Assembly (NCBI GenBank): GCA_029884455.1
Contig: JAOUHU010000005.1
Coordinates: forward strand, 38,300 to 102,299
Source of the DNA: Gammaproteobacteria bacterium
Lineage (GTDB): Bacteria > Pseudomonadota > Gammaproteobacteria > Steroidobacterales > Woeseiaceae
Reading direction: 5' to 3'
DNA: 64,000 nucleotides
Below the pieces are notes generated by a model. That model saw nothing but the letters and a program-made list of their open reading frames with translations. It was not told the DNA's origin and made no database searches. Of the stretch, positions 29,922 through 38,814 are shown one piece after another. The position numbers and the translations under genes were made by a program. The first letter of the stretch is position 1, and the number at the start of each line of letters is the position of its first letter.

Positions 29922-31208
29922 TCAGCCGTTACCCGGGTCCACTGGTCGGTATTCGCGACAACCTGGCAGTTTGTCGATGGCCAATACTCCTGACTCTGAG
30001 TCGATCAGCTGCCGCGTTATTTCTTGTAGCAACAGCAGATCGACTGGCTGCCGCTTGCCATGCAGTTCTTCCAACAAATCATCCAGCGATGACTCGCCGT
30101 CGGTTTGGCTACGAATTTCCGCATCAAGCGCGGCAAGTATGCCGACTGCCATTGCAGTTGCGGGACCACTGGATAAGCGTTGACACAATACGCTTGCGGA
30201 CTTTGCCCAGCGCAGCTGATTCTTTAGCGCGGCCTCATGGCGCGCATTTGAAATACTGCCGCTGCGGCGCAGCAATTCGAGTGAATAGTATTCGGCCAGA
30301 CCTTCTACAATCCAGTCATAGCCAGTCTTGCTCGTCAGGCGCACGGTGCTGTGCATTACCTCGTGAAGCAATGTACTGGTCGCATTCTCGCTGATTAACG
30401 GCCGTTCGGCATGTATATACAGGGACTGCGGCGCTGACAGCCCGCCGCGCCACATCGGATCACCGGCACTTACGATCGCAAGCCGTCGCGGGAGCTCAGG
30501 AATTACTCGCGATAATTCCGGGAGCGTCCAGTTTAACAACGCCAGGATGTCCAGCCTTCTCACATCCTGACCGATTGGCGCGGCGACGACCACCCGGATA
30601 CCAGCGATCGTTTCATGACGAATGCCGAGACGGCCCATTACGATCCAGCCGTCCGGCTGGTCAAATCGTCGTTCGGCCTTGTTGATTGAAAACACGCCGC
30701 TCCTGGACGCATAAGCGGTCACCACAGACCAACCGCTCGGCAAACTGAATTGCAAGCTGGTCTCGCTGGCCGAATTGCGTACCGTCCGAGTTGATGCTCG
30801 CGGAATCAGATCCTCGGCGCGCATCAGTCCCCAATCCTCGCCCAGCCAGGCATCATAACCGTTGCTGTTACGACGACTCGCGATGTTCACAGTCCAGCGT
30901 AACGTGCCACCAGAAGCCGGCGGGCGCCACACTATTTCGCCCGCCGATTCGAGCAACTCGCCATCCGCTTTAATACCGGAGATTCGGTCGGCAGTAACAA
31001 AACGCAATTCCCTGAGCAGGCGTCGCGGCTGTGTCACACGCATGCTGACCTCAAGCGTGCCGCGCTGTGGCTGTGGCAGGACCGTATAGCGGACCTGGTA
31101 TTTTGAGATCTGGCTAGCGACCGTCACCTCTGCCATCGATCCATTGCAGGTGATCCAAATGACCAAGGTTGTGGTCAGCGTATAGCCTGCTTTTGCGATC
31201 CAGTTCAT
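29922..31208 (-). CDS. Putative secreted zinc metallopeptidase (gluzincin, M1/M61-like)
   Basis: Start taken at ATG 31208 (MNWIAKAGYTLTTTLVIWITCNGSMA, signal/anchor-like). LLHEVMHS (HExxH) is followed 15 residues later by WIVEGLAEYY, analogous to the WLNEGFA third-ligand motif of M1 peptidases. Confidence 0.6.
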   Translation of the reverse strand: MNWIAKAGYTLTTTLVIWITCNGSMAEVTVASQISKYQVRYTVLPQPQRGTLEVSMRVTQPRRLLRELRFVTADRISGIKADGELLESAGEIVWRPPASGGTLRWTVNIASRRNSNGYDAWLGEDWGLMRAEDLIPRASTRTVRNSASETSLQFSLPSGWSVVTAYASRSGVFSINKAERRFDQPDGWIVMGRLGIRHETIAGIRVVVAAPIGQDVRRLDILALLNWTLPELSRVIPELPRRLAIVSAGDPMWRGGLSAPQSLYIHAERPLISENATSTLLHEVMHSTVRLTSKTGYDWIVEGLAEYYSLELLRRSGSISNARHEAALKNQLRWAKSASVLCQRLSSGPATAMAVGILAALDAEIRSQTDGESSLDDLLEELHGKRQPVDLLLLQEITRQLIDSESGVLAIDKLPGCREYRPVDPGNG

Positions 31209-31266
31209 AGGGATTTCTTGGGGTGATTTGTAGACTGGTGGTCCGGTGCAGGAGAAGTTTAGCCCG

Positions 31267-31743
31267 ATGATATCCCAGTCAGCACAGTTAATTCGAAGCG
31301 CGGTCGGCACGGCAATGCTCGCACTTATCCTGGCTGGATGCAGCTCTCAGCCGGCGGTGAAAGTGACGAGCGCCCCGAGCGCGGCGCAAAAAGCGGCGGC
31401 CATCGCGGTACAGCAAGTGGGTGTCCGCTACCGGTATGGTGGCGCGTCTCCGGCCGGTTTCGATTGCAGCGGGCTTGTACACTACGCCTATGCCAACGCC
31501 GGCAAACGAATACCGAGGACAACTGCAGCCCAATGGCAAACCATGCAGCCGGTAGGAAACAATGATCTTCGTGTTGGCGATATTCTGTTCTTCAGAATTG
31601 CAGGCAAGATCTCGCATGTTGGCATGTACGTCGGCGACGGCGATTTTGTACACGCGCCCTCGACTGGCAATGTCGTGTCAGTCGCATCACTGCGGTCGGA
31701 GTATTACCAGGATGCATTCATCCGCGCAGGGCGCCCGGACTGA
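31267..31743 (+). CDS. NlpC/P60 (C40) cell-wall endopeptidase lipoprotein
   Basis: Start at ATG 31267 gives the lipobox LILAGC. Catalytic region RYRYGGASPAGFDCSGLVHYAY...HVGMYVGDGDFVHAP. Confidence 0.85.
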   Translation: MISQSAQLIRSAVGTAMLALILAGCSSQPAVKVTSAPSAAQKAAAIAVQQVGVRYRYGGASPAGFDCSGLVHYAYANAGKRIPRTTAAQWQTMQPVGNNDLRVGDILFFRIAGKISHVGMYVGDGDFVHAPSTGNVVSVASLRSEYYQDAFIRAGRPD

Positions 31744-31748
31744 ATCTA

Positions 31749-32435
31749 TCAGGCGCTGTCGTCTCCTTCATCGCCGACAATGAATTGCTGAAGTTGCTGT
31801 GCAAGAGACTTGCACGCGTTCGCCTGCGCTCGCGCGATAAGCGGGATCGGAATCACCAGCGCTGGCATGAATGACGTACCACTGACATCCGTAGTCACCG
31901 TACCCGCAGCCTCGAGCTCATTCAGATCCCAAACAGCGGCTTCGTAATCAGCCTGGTTTTGCCACCACGCAAAGCCAAAGCAGCCGCCACCACCGGGACC
32001 GGCGGCACAGGAAAGACTGCCACCGCCTGCAACTCGTTCCGTATCGCCGTCGAGCCAGATGATGTAGCGGACCTTCTGCTCGGCAATGCGCTCTACCACA
32101 CCAGGAGAGTCCATGAGTTGTGGCAAGTGCTTGGTTTCCGAAGGTGCCGTGCGCGGTTCGAACCAGGGAAACAATGAGTCGACAAACTGGCGGTGCGGAA
32201 TAACACGCAGGCCCGATGAGCCGCGCTCAAGTCCTCGTTCAACACATTGTATGTAGTCTTCTTCCGTTTCGTTGCCGAGGTGATAACTCTTGGCCATGAC
32301 AACGACACCCTCACCCGACTTGATGCCAGTACTATTGATGCGGGAGTCCTCGACGCGCGACGTAATGCATCCGGTAAGTACCAAGGCACCAACAGCCAGC
32401 ATCGGGTTCCAGAATATGCGTTTATTCAATATCAC
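31749..32435 (-). CDS. Hypothetical lipoprotein
   Basis: 228 aa with lipobox LVLTGC and an unusual Gly/Cys stretch CAAGPGGGGCFGFAWW. No family recognised. Confidence 0.45.
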   Translation of the reverse strand: MILNKRIFWNPMLAVGALVLTGCITSRVEDSRINSTGIKSGEGVVVMAKSYHLGNETEEDYIQCVERGLERGSSGLRVIPHRQFVDSLFPWFEPRTAPSETKHLPQLMDSPGVVERIAEQKVRYIIWLDGDTERVAGGGSLSCAAGPGGGGCFGFAWWQNQADYEAAVWDLNELEAAGTVTTDVSGTSFMPALVIPIPLIARAQANACKSLAQQLQQFIVGDEGDDSA

Positions 32436-33078
32436 TGGGTTGCTCCTGTTCGGATTCGGGCACCGGCCCGTTGCCAGCGCGTGCGGCCGCCATGCTGCCT
32501 ATGCCGGTTGCCTCATCAAGTTTCATGATCATTAGTGCAGCCGCGTCGCGCATCGCCAAAATGGCTGCGCGTTGCAACGCCTGAGATCCGCTTATGGACG
32601 CCTTCTGGCTCTTGCCATATGCACTGACCGGCCAATTGGCGACTTCGGTGCCCTGTTGGTCAAAAACCTTGATTCGGTAACGGATCCATACGGCAAATGC
32701 ATCGGTCTTGCTTTGATTGGGCACCGAAAACTCGAAAGCCTCGATACTGGGTTCAATCAACACATCGATCGGCAGGTCGGCCGGATTCTCATCAGCCGAG
32801 ACGAGTGTGACTTTTTCGAACATGAAGCCGAAAAGTTGCGTAAAAAGGGCGGCATTGGAATTACCGAGATCGATTGACCACTGCTCGCGGCCAATAATTT
32901 CCTCATCATGCACATAGTGCTGAAACTCAACCGGTAGCCGCAGCCCAACAGACGCAGGGATCTTGACGATAAGCGGCGTTGGGATGGTCGGTGTATCCAA
33001 GGTCACGTTCGAACCGCAGCCGGCCAGCAGGCCCAGAATCAATATCGCTGACAGCGCTATTCGTATGGGGTTACGCAA
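32422..33078 (-). CDS. Hypothetical lipoprotein
   Basis: 218 aa with lipobox LLAGCGS. Overlaps the downstream lipoprotein gene by 14 nt, which fits an operon. Confidence 0.45.
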   Translation of the reverse strand: MRNPIRIALSAILILGLLAGCGSNVTLDTPTIPTPLIVKIPASVGLRLPVEFQHYVHDEEIIGREQWSIDLGNSNAALFTQLFGFMFEKVTLVSADENPADLPIDVLIEPSIEAFEFSVPNQSKTDAFAVWIRYRIKVFDQQGTEVANWPVSAYGKSQKASISGSQALQRAAILAMRDAAALMIMKLDEATGIGSMAAARAGNGPVPESEQEQPSDIE

Positions 33079-33200
33079 TTCGGCTCATCCAGCAAATTCT
33101 CGACCATCGGTCCGTATCTCAGAGCGCATCACGGCAACAGAGTTCCGCAAAACGGCGCAAATCAGCAAGAGACTCACTGTAGTGCGGAGCGAACCCCAGA

Positions 33201-34220
33201 TCAATAAGCTTTGTCATCGCCTGGCCGCCATGCAAGTGGCGGTTGTTGCATCAACGCGACCTGTTCGCGCAGCGTCAGGATATGCTCATCCCAGTAGCGT
33301 TGCCCGGCAAACCAGGGAAACGCTGCTTTGAAGGCAGGGTCATCCCAGCGGCGTGCCAGCCACGCTGCGTAATGCATGATGCGCAGGCTGCGCAGAGCTT
33401 CGATTAGATGTAATTCGCGTGCGTCAAAGCGCCGGAACTCCTCGTAACCCGCTAGCAGCGCCGAAAGCTGCGGACATTGCTCGGCCTGATTCCCTGACAG
33501 GAACATCCACAAGTCCTGCACGGCCGGGCCTCGTCGCGCGTCGTCCAGATCTACGATGTGTATCTGTTCGCCGGCGATGAGCACGTTGCCGGGGTGAAAG
33601 TCGGCGTGGATCCGCAACTGGCGTACCCGGCCGGCACGCGACAAACAGGCATCCACCTCGGCAAGGACCTGCTTGGTCGTCGATTCATAGGCAGCAATCA
33701 GTTCGCGGGGAATAAAATCCATGTCGAGCAAGAAATCGCGCGGCGCAATTCCATAACTTTCAATGTTGATGGCGGGGCGGTGTACAAAATTAGCGAGCTC
33801 GCCCAGGTTGTGAATCCGCGCGACCAGCCTGCCGAGCTGTCGCAGCAGGCCGAAGTCGTCAAGTTCAGGTGCGCGTCCGCCCCGATAGGGATAAACAGCG
33901 AAGCGATAGGGTCCGTACGTCAACAGGCTTTTCCCCTGGTAAGGCGTCGGTGCCACGACGGGCAATTCGGCGGCCGCAAGTTCGGACGCAAAGCTGTGTT
34001 CTTCGAGAATTTGCGCGTTGCTCCAGCGTGCCGGGCGGTAAAACTTGGCGACCACCGGGGCACCGTCCTCGATGCCAATCTGGTAAACGCGGTTTTCGTA
34101 GCTGTTCAATGCCAGGAATCTGCCGTCGCAGCGGTAGCCAACGCCTTCAAGAGTTGCGATGATCTGCTCCGGTTGAAGACGGGCGTAGGCAATCGACGAA
34201 GCATCGTCTTGCTCGGGCAT
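33201..34220 (-). CDS. srkA: Stress response serine/threonine kinase SrkA (YihE)
   Basis: 339 aa. LNSYENRVYQ, RIHADFHPGNVL, IVDLDDA. These match the YihE/RdoA aminoglycoside-phosphotransferase-fold kinases. Confidence 0.85.
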   Translation of the reverse strand: MPEQDDASSIAYARLQPEQIIATLEGVGYRCDGRFLALNSYENRVYQIGIEDGAPVVAKFYRPARWSNAQILEEHSFASELAAAELPVVAPTPYQGKSLLTYGPYRFAVYPYRGGRAPELDDFGLLRQLGRLVARIHNLGELANFVHRPAINIESYGIAPRDFLLDMDFIPRELIAAYESTTKQVLAEVDACLSRAGRVRQLRIHADFHPGNVLIAGEQIHIVDLDDARRGPAVQDLWMFLSGNQAEQCPQLSALLAGYEEFRRFDARELHLIEALRSLRIMHYAAWLARRWDDPAFKAAFPWFAGQRYWDEHILTLREQVALMQQPPLAWRPGDDKAY

Positions 34221-34329
34221 GTTAGATTCCGGTAGTGCCTTGCGGCTTGGTCAGAGCGGGCATATTGCGGTGCGACTGTCGCAGAGGCAATATTCTGCTT
34301 GCCGAAAGCTTACAGCTCCGGGAAAAATT

Positions 34330-35256
34330 ATGTTTCGATTTGCAACGCTGGTCCCTATTGCTGCCATTGCCTTTGGCGCCGGTTGCGACAATCGTGATGA
34401 CATGCTTGATTTGGCACAGTTTGAGGCAGACAACCTGGAGTGGCGCGCCGCGCGCCTGGAACGTCTACGCGGACCCGAGGGCTATCTGAATCTGGCCGGA
34501 TTATTTTGGCTGGACGAGGGTACTTTGCGCATTGGGTCGGCGACGGGCAATGACATCGTTTTCCCCGCCGCGGCGCCGCCGCAGGTTGGTGAGCTTAAGG
34601 TGTCTTCCACGGGCGTCACCTTACAGGTGTCCGAGGGTGTTACCGTGTTCTCGAATGGCCAGCCGGTGCAAACCATCTTTGTCGCCGACGATACAAGCGA
34701 GGCCCCGGTCACCATTTCCCACGGCGCGATCGCCTGGACGATTATCCGGCGTGACGACCGTTTTGCTTTACGGCTCAGAGATTTTGAACACCCGGCGATT
34801 GCAGCGTTTCCGCCGATCGAGTACTTCCCAATAAATCCCGACCTGCGCGTGAGGGGAAAATTGCGCCTGTTTGCGGAGCCGAAAGTTCTCAACGTTGACA
34901 CGGTCATTGAAGGGCTTGGCTGGAATCCCGAGTCGCCGGGTGTGGTGGAATTCGAGATCGATGGGCAAAGCTTGCAGCTGGAGGCTTACGACTCGGGTGA
35001 CAAGTTATTCTTTGTTTTTGGCGATCGCACCAGCGGCCGCGAGACTTATCCCGCAGGACGGTTCCTGTATTCTGACCGGCCGGCCGAGGGCGATGAGACC
35101 ATCCTGGATTTCAATCGCGCCTACAATCCGCCTTGTGCTTTTAATGATTTTGCGACGTGCCCTGTCGCATCGCCGCAGAACCGCCTGAGTGTACGAATCG
35201 AGGCAGGGGAAAGGTTTGATCCGCAGGTGCATGCAACACCAGACAGTATTCACTGA
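34330..35256 (+). CDS. DUF1684 domain protein (lipoprotein)
   Basis: Start at ATG 34330 (MFRFATLVPIAAIAFGAGC). GRETYPAGRFLY and DFNRAYNPPCAFNDFATCP are the DUF1684 signature. Confidence 0.75.
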   Translation: MFRFATLVPIAAIAFGAGCDNRDDMLDLAQFEADNLEWRAARLERLRGPEGYLNLAGLFWLDEGTLRIGSATGNDIVFPAAAPPQVGELKVSSTGVTLQVSEGVTVFSNGQPVQTIFVADDTSEAPVTISHGAIAWTIIRRDDRFALRLRDFEHPAIAAFPPIEYFPINPDLRVRGKLRLFAEPKVLNVDTVIEGLGWNPESPGVVEFEIDGQSLQLEAYDSGDKLFFVFGDRTSGRETYPAGRFLYSDRPAEGDETILDFNRAYNPPCAFNDFATCPVASPQNRLSVRIEAGERFDPQVHATPDSIH

Positions 35257-35276
35257 GAGATAACTGCGCACGACTG

Positions 35277-35771
35277 TCAAAACCTTTTCAGCAGTAGCGC
35301 AACTTCTTTTTGGCCAGCTTCGGTGGACAATGTTCCGACCCTGGTGAATCCCAGATTCATGTGGAATCCCATCGACTGCTCATTGGGCGGAATAGTATTG
35401 ACTTCACAGGTGATCAAGCTGATCGACGCCGGCATCGATTCCGCAAAATCGTCATACAGTCGCGCACCAAGTCCCTGGCCACGCGCATGCCTGGCGACAA
35501 CGATGCGGTCTACATACGCAAAGTCGACATACCGTTCGCAAAACCAACGATAGTTCAGGCTGGTGTAGCTACTGCCCGGACGTAGTCCGATTAGAAATCC
35601 AGCCAGGTGCTCGTCCTTTCGGGCCACTCTAAAATAGTCGGCGTGCGCGGCGAACCAGAGAACCTGGGCCATGTCGATCTTGCCAACATGTGGCAGCTCA
35701 GATTCGTTCAGCGCGAGTACTGCTGGCAGGTCCTGCGGGATTACATCCCGGATCACAAGGGGCATCGGCAA
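35277..35771 (-). CDS. GNAT-family N-acetyltransferase
   Basis: 164 aa with the acetyl-CoA motif VARHARGQGLGARLYDDF. Confidence 0.8.
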   Translation of the reverse strand: MPMPLVIRDVIPQDLPAVLALNESELPHVGKIDMAQVLWFAAHADYFRVARKDEHLAGFLIGLRPGSSYTSLNYRWFCERYVDFAYVDRIVVARHARGQGLGARLYDDFAESMPASISLITCEVNTIPPNEQSMGFHMNLGFTRVGTLSTEAGQKEVALLLKRF

Positions 35772-35834
35772 AGTCTAGTGCGCAGGCCAGGCGCGGGCAA
35801 ACCGACAATACGGACAAAAAAGCCTTTCCTGGAC

Positions 35835-35863
35835 TGACCACCGCGAAAGTTTTTGCGTATAAT
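35835..35863 (+). promoter_or_regulatory. Sigma70-type promoter candidate for the 36007 lipoprotein gene
   Basis: TGACCA, 17 nt, TATAAT (perfect -10). It is immediately followed by the hairpin GCGCCGA-ggacggcat-TCGGCGC (35864-35886) and a leader of about 140 nt. Confidence 0.3.
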
Positions 35864-36006
35864 GCGCCGAGGACGGCATTCGGCGCAGATCGAACAGCAA
35901 CTCTCCGTTCGCAAAGCTACTCTACTCATGGTGCAATTCGCGTCCCTGCGCATTCCGGGGCCGCGTGCAGTCACGTTTGGAATCTGTACCTAAGGAAGTT
36001 ATCCAC

Positions 36007-37752
36007 ATGTTTAATTCGTCCGGTATCAAGCTCGTTAACTTTGCGCTTTTGTGCGTCGTCGTAGTGGTTGCCTGTGGCAAAGACGATGATGTATCGAAGT
36101 CGTCGGCCACCAGTGCATTGCTCCAGTATGTACCGGCGCATTCTCCTTACGTATTCGCAACTCTCGCACCGCTGCCGGACGATGTGAATGACAAACTCGA
36201 GCCGAAAATTGATCGAATCCTGAAATCCTACAAAGTACTGTTGCAAGAAGTCGTCGCTATGACTACAGCAGTTCCCGACGAGGAGGGCGATAGCGAGGAA
36301 CGCCAGTCGGATCGAGAGAAGGCGACAGCGGTCGTGAACGAGTTGTCCTCCCTGTTGTCTGTAGATGGGTTGCGCGCCGCAGGCTTCGAGCGCGAGTCAA
36401 GGTTTGTGCTGTACGGCAATGGTCTGTTGCCGGTAATGCGACTTGAGGTCTCAGACGGTGCGCTGTTCGAAGCTGCACTTGCACGTATCGAGAATTCCGC
36501 GGCTGAGGAGATGGCGCAGCTAAGCATCGCGGGCAATTCGGTGCGCTACGTGGATCTCGGCAACGTCAGGGTTCTGGTGGCCGTACTGGATAAACAAGTG
36601 GTCATGTCAGTTGCGCCGGTCGAATTTACCGAGCCGCAACTGAGCAGTTTGCTGGGCTTTGCAGCACCTGCGAGCAACATTGCGAGTGCCGGGGTCCTGC
36701 AGAAACTTTCCAGCGATTACGGCTTCAACGATTATTTCGTCGGCTACCTGGATTTTGCGCGAATTGTGAATACGTTCACTGGTGACGCCAAAGGCCTGGA
36801 CGCGGACCTGGTTGCCATGGCCGTCAAGGAGACTGTGCTGTCGGATGTGTGCCGCTCGGAGATCCGCGAAATGGCTGGGCTCGCGCCGCGCATGGTCATG
36901 GGTTATTCGGAAATATCCACCGAGCAGTTCAGGTCGCAGGTGGTAATAGAGACGCGTGACGATGTCGCGGCTGGAATGGCTACCTTCCCGGCGGCCGTTC
37001 CGGGTCTCGGCGGTGATGCGGGTGGCGTCGTGTCGTTCGGCATGAGCCTGGACGTCATGGCCGTGCGCAAGTTCGTCGAAGCGCGACTGGATGCGATGGA
37101 AAAGGATCCTTATCAGTGTGAGTACTTCGCTAATTTGCAGGGCGGTATCGCCGGGTTACGTGCCAGCCTGGACCAGCCTGCACCGCCTATGGTTTACGAT
37201 TTCCGTGGTTTTGCGGCCGTGATTGAGAATATCGAAGGTCTCAGTATGGCAACGCAGACGCCGCCGACGGCGGTAGAAGGACGTTTCCTGCTGGCCATGG
37301 ACAACGCGCCGGCACTGGTTGCGCTCGGCACAATGTTCAGCCCGGAACTGGCCGCCCTGGGCTTGCAGCCGGACAGCAAACCGGTGCTTGTGGATGTGCC
37401 GCAGTCACAAATGCTGGGACAGGTCTTGCACGCCGCGTTGAGCGAGCAAGCGTTGGCATTGTCCATCGGCGAGGGCGCGGAGACGGAATTGTCTGGCATG
37501 CTTTCTGCTCGGGCCGAAGCCAATGGGACGTTCTTCAATTTCAGCATGGACGCGGCACGCTATTACACGTTTGTCGCCGAAGCGATGGAGATGCAGGAAC
37601 CCGACGCGGATGCGCCGATGTCACCGGAATTCCGCAAGGCGATGCAGGACATCATGCTGGCCATCGCGGATATTTATGCTCGAATGTCGGCGGATGTAAG
37701 ATTCACGGACCAGGGCATCGTCATTGACAGCGTGATCACGCTGGCGGACTAG
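36007..37752 (+). CDS. Hypothetical large lipoprotein
   Basis: Start at ATG 36007 (AAGGAAG upstream) gives MFNSSGIKLVNFALLCVVVVVACGKDDD (lipobox). 581 aa, no family recognised. Confidence 0.5.
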   Translation: MFNSSGIKLVNFALLCVVVVVACGKDDDVSKSSATSALLQYVPAHSPYVFATLAPLPDDVNDKLEPKIDRILKSYKVLLQEVVAMTTAVPDEEGDSEERQSDREKATAVVNELSSLLSVDGLRAAGFERESRFVLYGNGLLPVMRLEVSDGALFEAALARIENSAAEEMAQLSIAGNSVRYVDLGNVRVLVAVLDKQVVMSVAPVEFTEPQLSSLLGFAAPASNIASAGVLQKLSSDYGFNDYFVGYLDFARIVNTFTGDAKGLDADLVAMAVKETVLSDVCRSEIREMAGLAPRMVMGYSEISTEQFRSQVVIETRDDVAAGMATFPAAVPGLGGDAGGVVSFGMSLDVMAVRKFVEARLDAMEKDPYQCEYFANLQGGIAGLRASLDQPAPPMVYDFRGFAAVIENIEGLSMATQTPPTAVEGRFLLAMDNAPALVALGTMFSPELAALGLQPDSKPVLVDVPQSQMLGQVLHAALSEQALALSIGEGAETELSGMLSARAEANGTFFNFSMDAARYYTFVAEAMEMQEPDADAPMSPEFRKAMQDIMLAIADIYARMSADVRFTDQGIVIDSVITLAD

Positions 37753-37760
37753 GAGGCTAT

Positions 37761-38282
37761 ATGCTGCGTCGAGTAGTTTCGAGCACGTTGCTGGCAGTAA
37801 TTTTTATGTCCGCCGTCAATGCAGAGGACAGCATGAAAACTTATGTCGATATCAATGCTGTCAACAGCAGCGACGATTTGCGGCCGGTAGATGGCTTGAT
37901 TGCGGCTGGCCAACCGAACCAACGACAGCTTGAGTTGGTTGCGCAGGCCGGGTTTCAGGCCGTCATCGATTTGCGAGGTGAAAACGAAGATCGTGGGCTT
38001 GATGAGGCCGCCATTCTTGAAGAGTTGGGCCTCGACTATGTGGTATTGCCGCTGAGTAGTCCGGATGCTATCAACATGGATAACGCTCGGTTGCTTGATG
38101 ACATTTTGTCGGATTACAACGGACCCGTCTTGGTGCACTGCGGCAGTGGAAATCGGGTGGGTGCGTTACTCGCATTACGAGCAAGCCTGCGCGGTGCCGA
38201 CGATGCAGCAGCGCTGGCGTTTGGCAAATCCGCGGGCCTGACCGGGCTTGAGCCGGTGGTCCGCAAGCGCCTTGAGGAATAG
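37761..38282 (+). CDS. Secreted DUF442/TIGR01244-like protein (PTP-fold phosphatase / sulfur-transferase-like)
   Basis: 173 aa with signal peptide. LVHCGSGNRVGALLAL resembles the HC(R/G)SGxR(S/V) loop of the DUF442 family. Confidence 0.65.
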   Translation: MLRRVVSSTLLAVIFMSAVNAEDSMKTYVDINAVNSSDDLRPVDGLIAAGQPNQRQLELVAQAGFQAVIDLRGENEDRGLDEAAILEELGLDYVVLPLSSPDAINMDNARLLDDILSDYNGPVLVHCGSGNRVGALLALRASLRGADDAAALAFGKSAGLTGLEPVVRKRLEE

Positions 38283-38292
38283 ACCCGGAACC

Positions 38293-38360
38293 GGGGTCAG
38301 AGCCCTTTTTCGCCCAGATACGGTATAGCCCATATTTGGAAGGAAAAGGGCTCTGGCCCC
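38293..38360. terminator. Long inverted repeat between convergent 37761-38282 and ssrA (putative bidirectional terminator)
   Basis: GGGGTCAGAGCCCTTTT (38293-38309) pairs with AAAAGGGCTCTGGCCCC (38344-38360): 17 bp with one G-U. Both arms have T/A runs on the outside. Confidence 0.4.
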
Positions 38361-38366
38361 TTTCAT

Positions 38367-38728
38367 TGGTGGAGGTGGTGGGAATCGAACCCACGTCCGC
38401 AAGCCCTCTGCTCCAGGATCTACATGCTTATTCCGTCATTAATCTCACTATGCGCTACCCGACGGGCAGGGAAAACGCATAGCCAGCTCAGTTAGGATTT
38501 AACGGATCAGACCCTGAACACGCCCTCACCGCGGTCCTGTGTATTCGACCCCTGGGATCCGGACGCACAGGCACGTACCGGGCAGAGGACACCAAACTGG
38601 TTTTTAAGCAGCTAGTGCGTAGTTGTCGTCGTTGGCAACTATAGGTTTTACAGCTGGATTAACGAGGTTATCTGTTCCTCGGCATGCACTCAGAGTTTCG
38701 CGACCCACGTCGAAGCCATGTCACCCCC
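38367..38728 (-). ncRNA. ssrA: tmRNA
   Basis: The reverse complement starts GGGGGTGACATGGCTTCGACGTGGG and ends GTGGGTTCGATTCCCACCACCTCCACCA. The tag reading frame GCC AAC GAC GAC AAC TAC GCA CTA GCT GCT TAA = ANDDNYALAA lies at 38604-38636. It sits directly downstream of smpB. Confidence 0.92.
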
Positions 38729-38814
38729 GTGTGAGTCCGTAGTCTATGGGCTTGGCGCAGAATTTCAAGGTCATAAAACACATTAATTAAAAACTGTAAT
38801 TTACTGTATTTAAA

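Noticed and set aside
33558-34235. 225-aa plus-strand ORF opposite srkA, and the 237-aa ORF 42220-42933 opposite recN
   Set aside because: Shadow ORFs inside well-supported genes, with no motifs.
38367-38728. tmRNA gene as an occupied island integration site
   Set aside because: ssrA is intact. It is followed directly by a terminator-like inverted repeat and a convergent core-like gene, with no integrase, no duplicated 3' end and no compositional shift.
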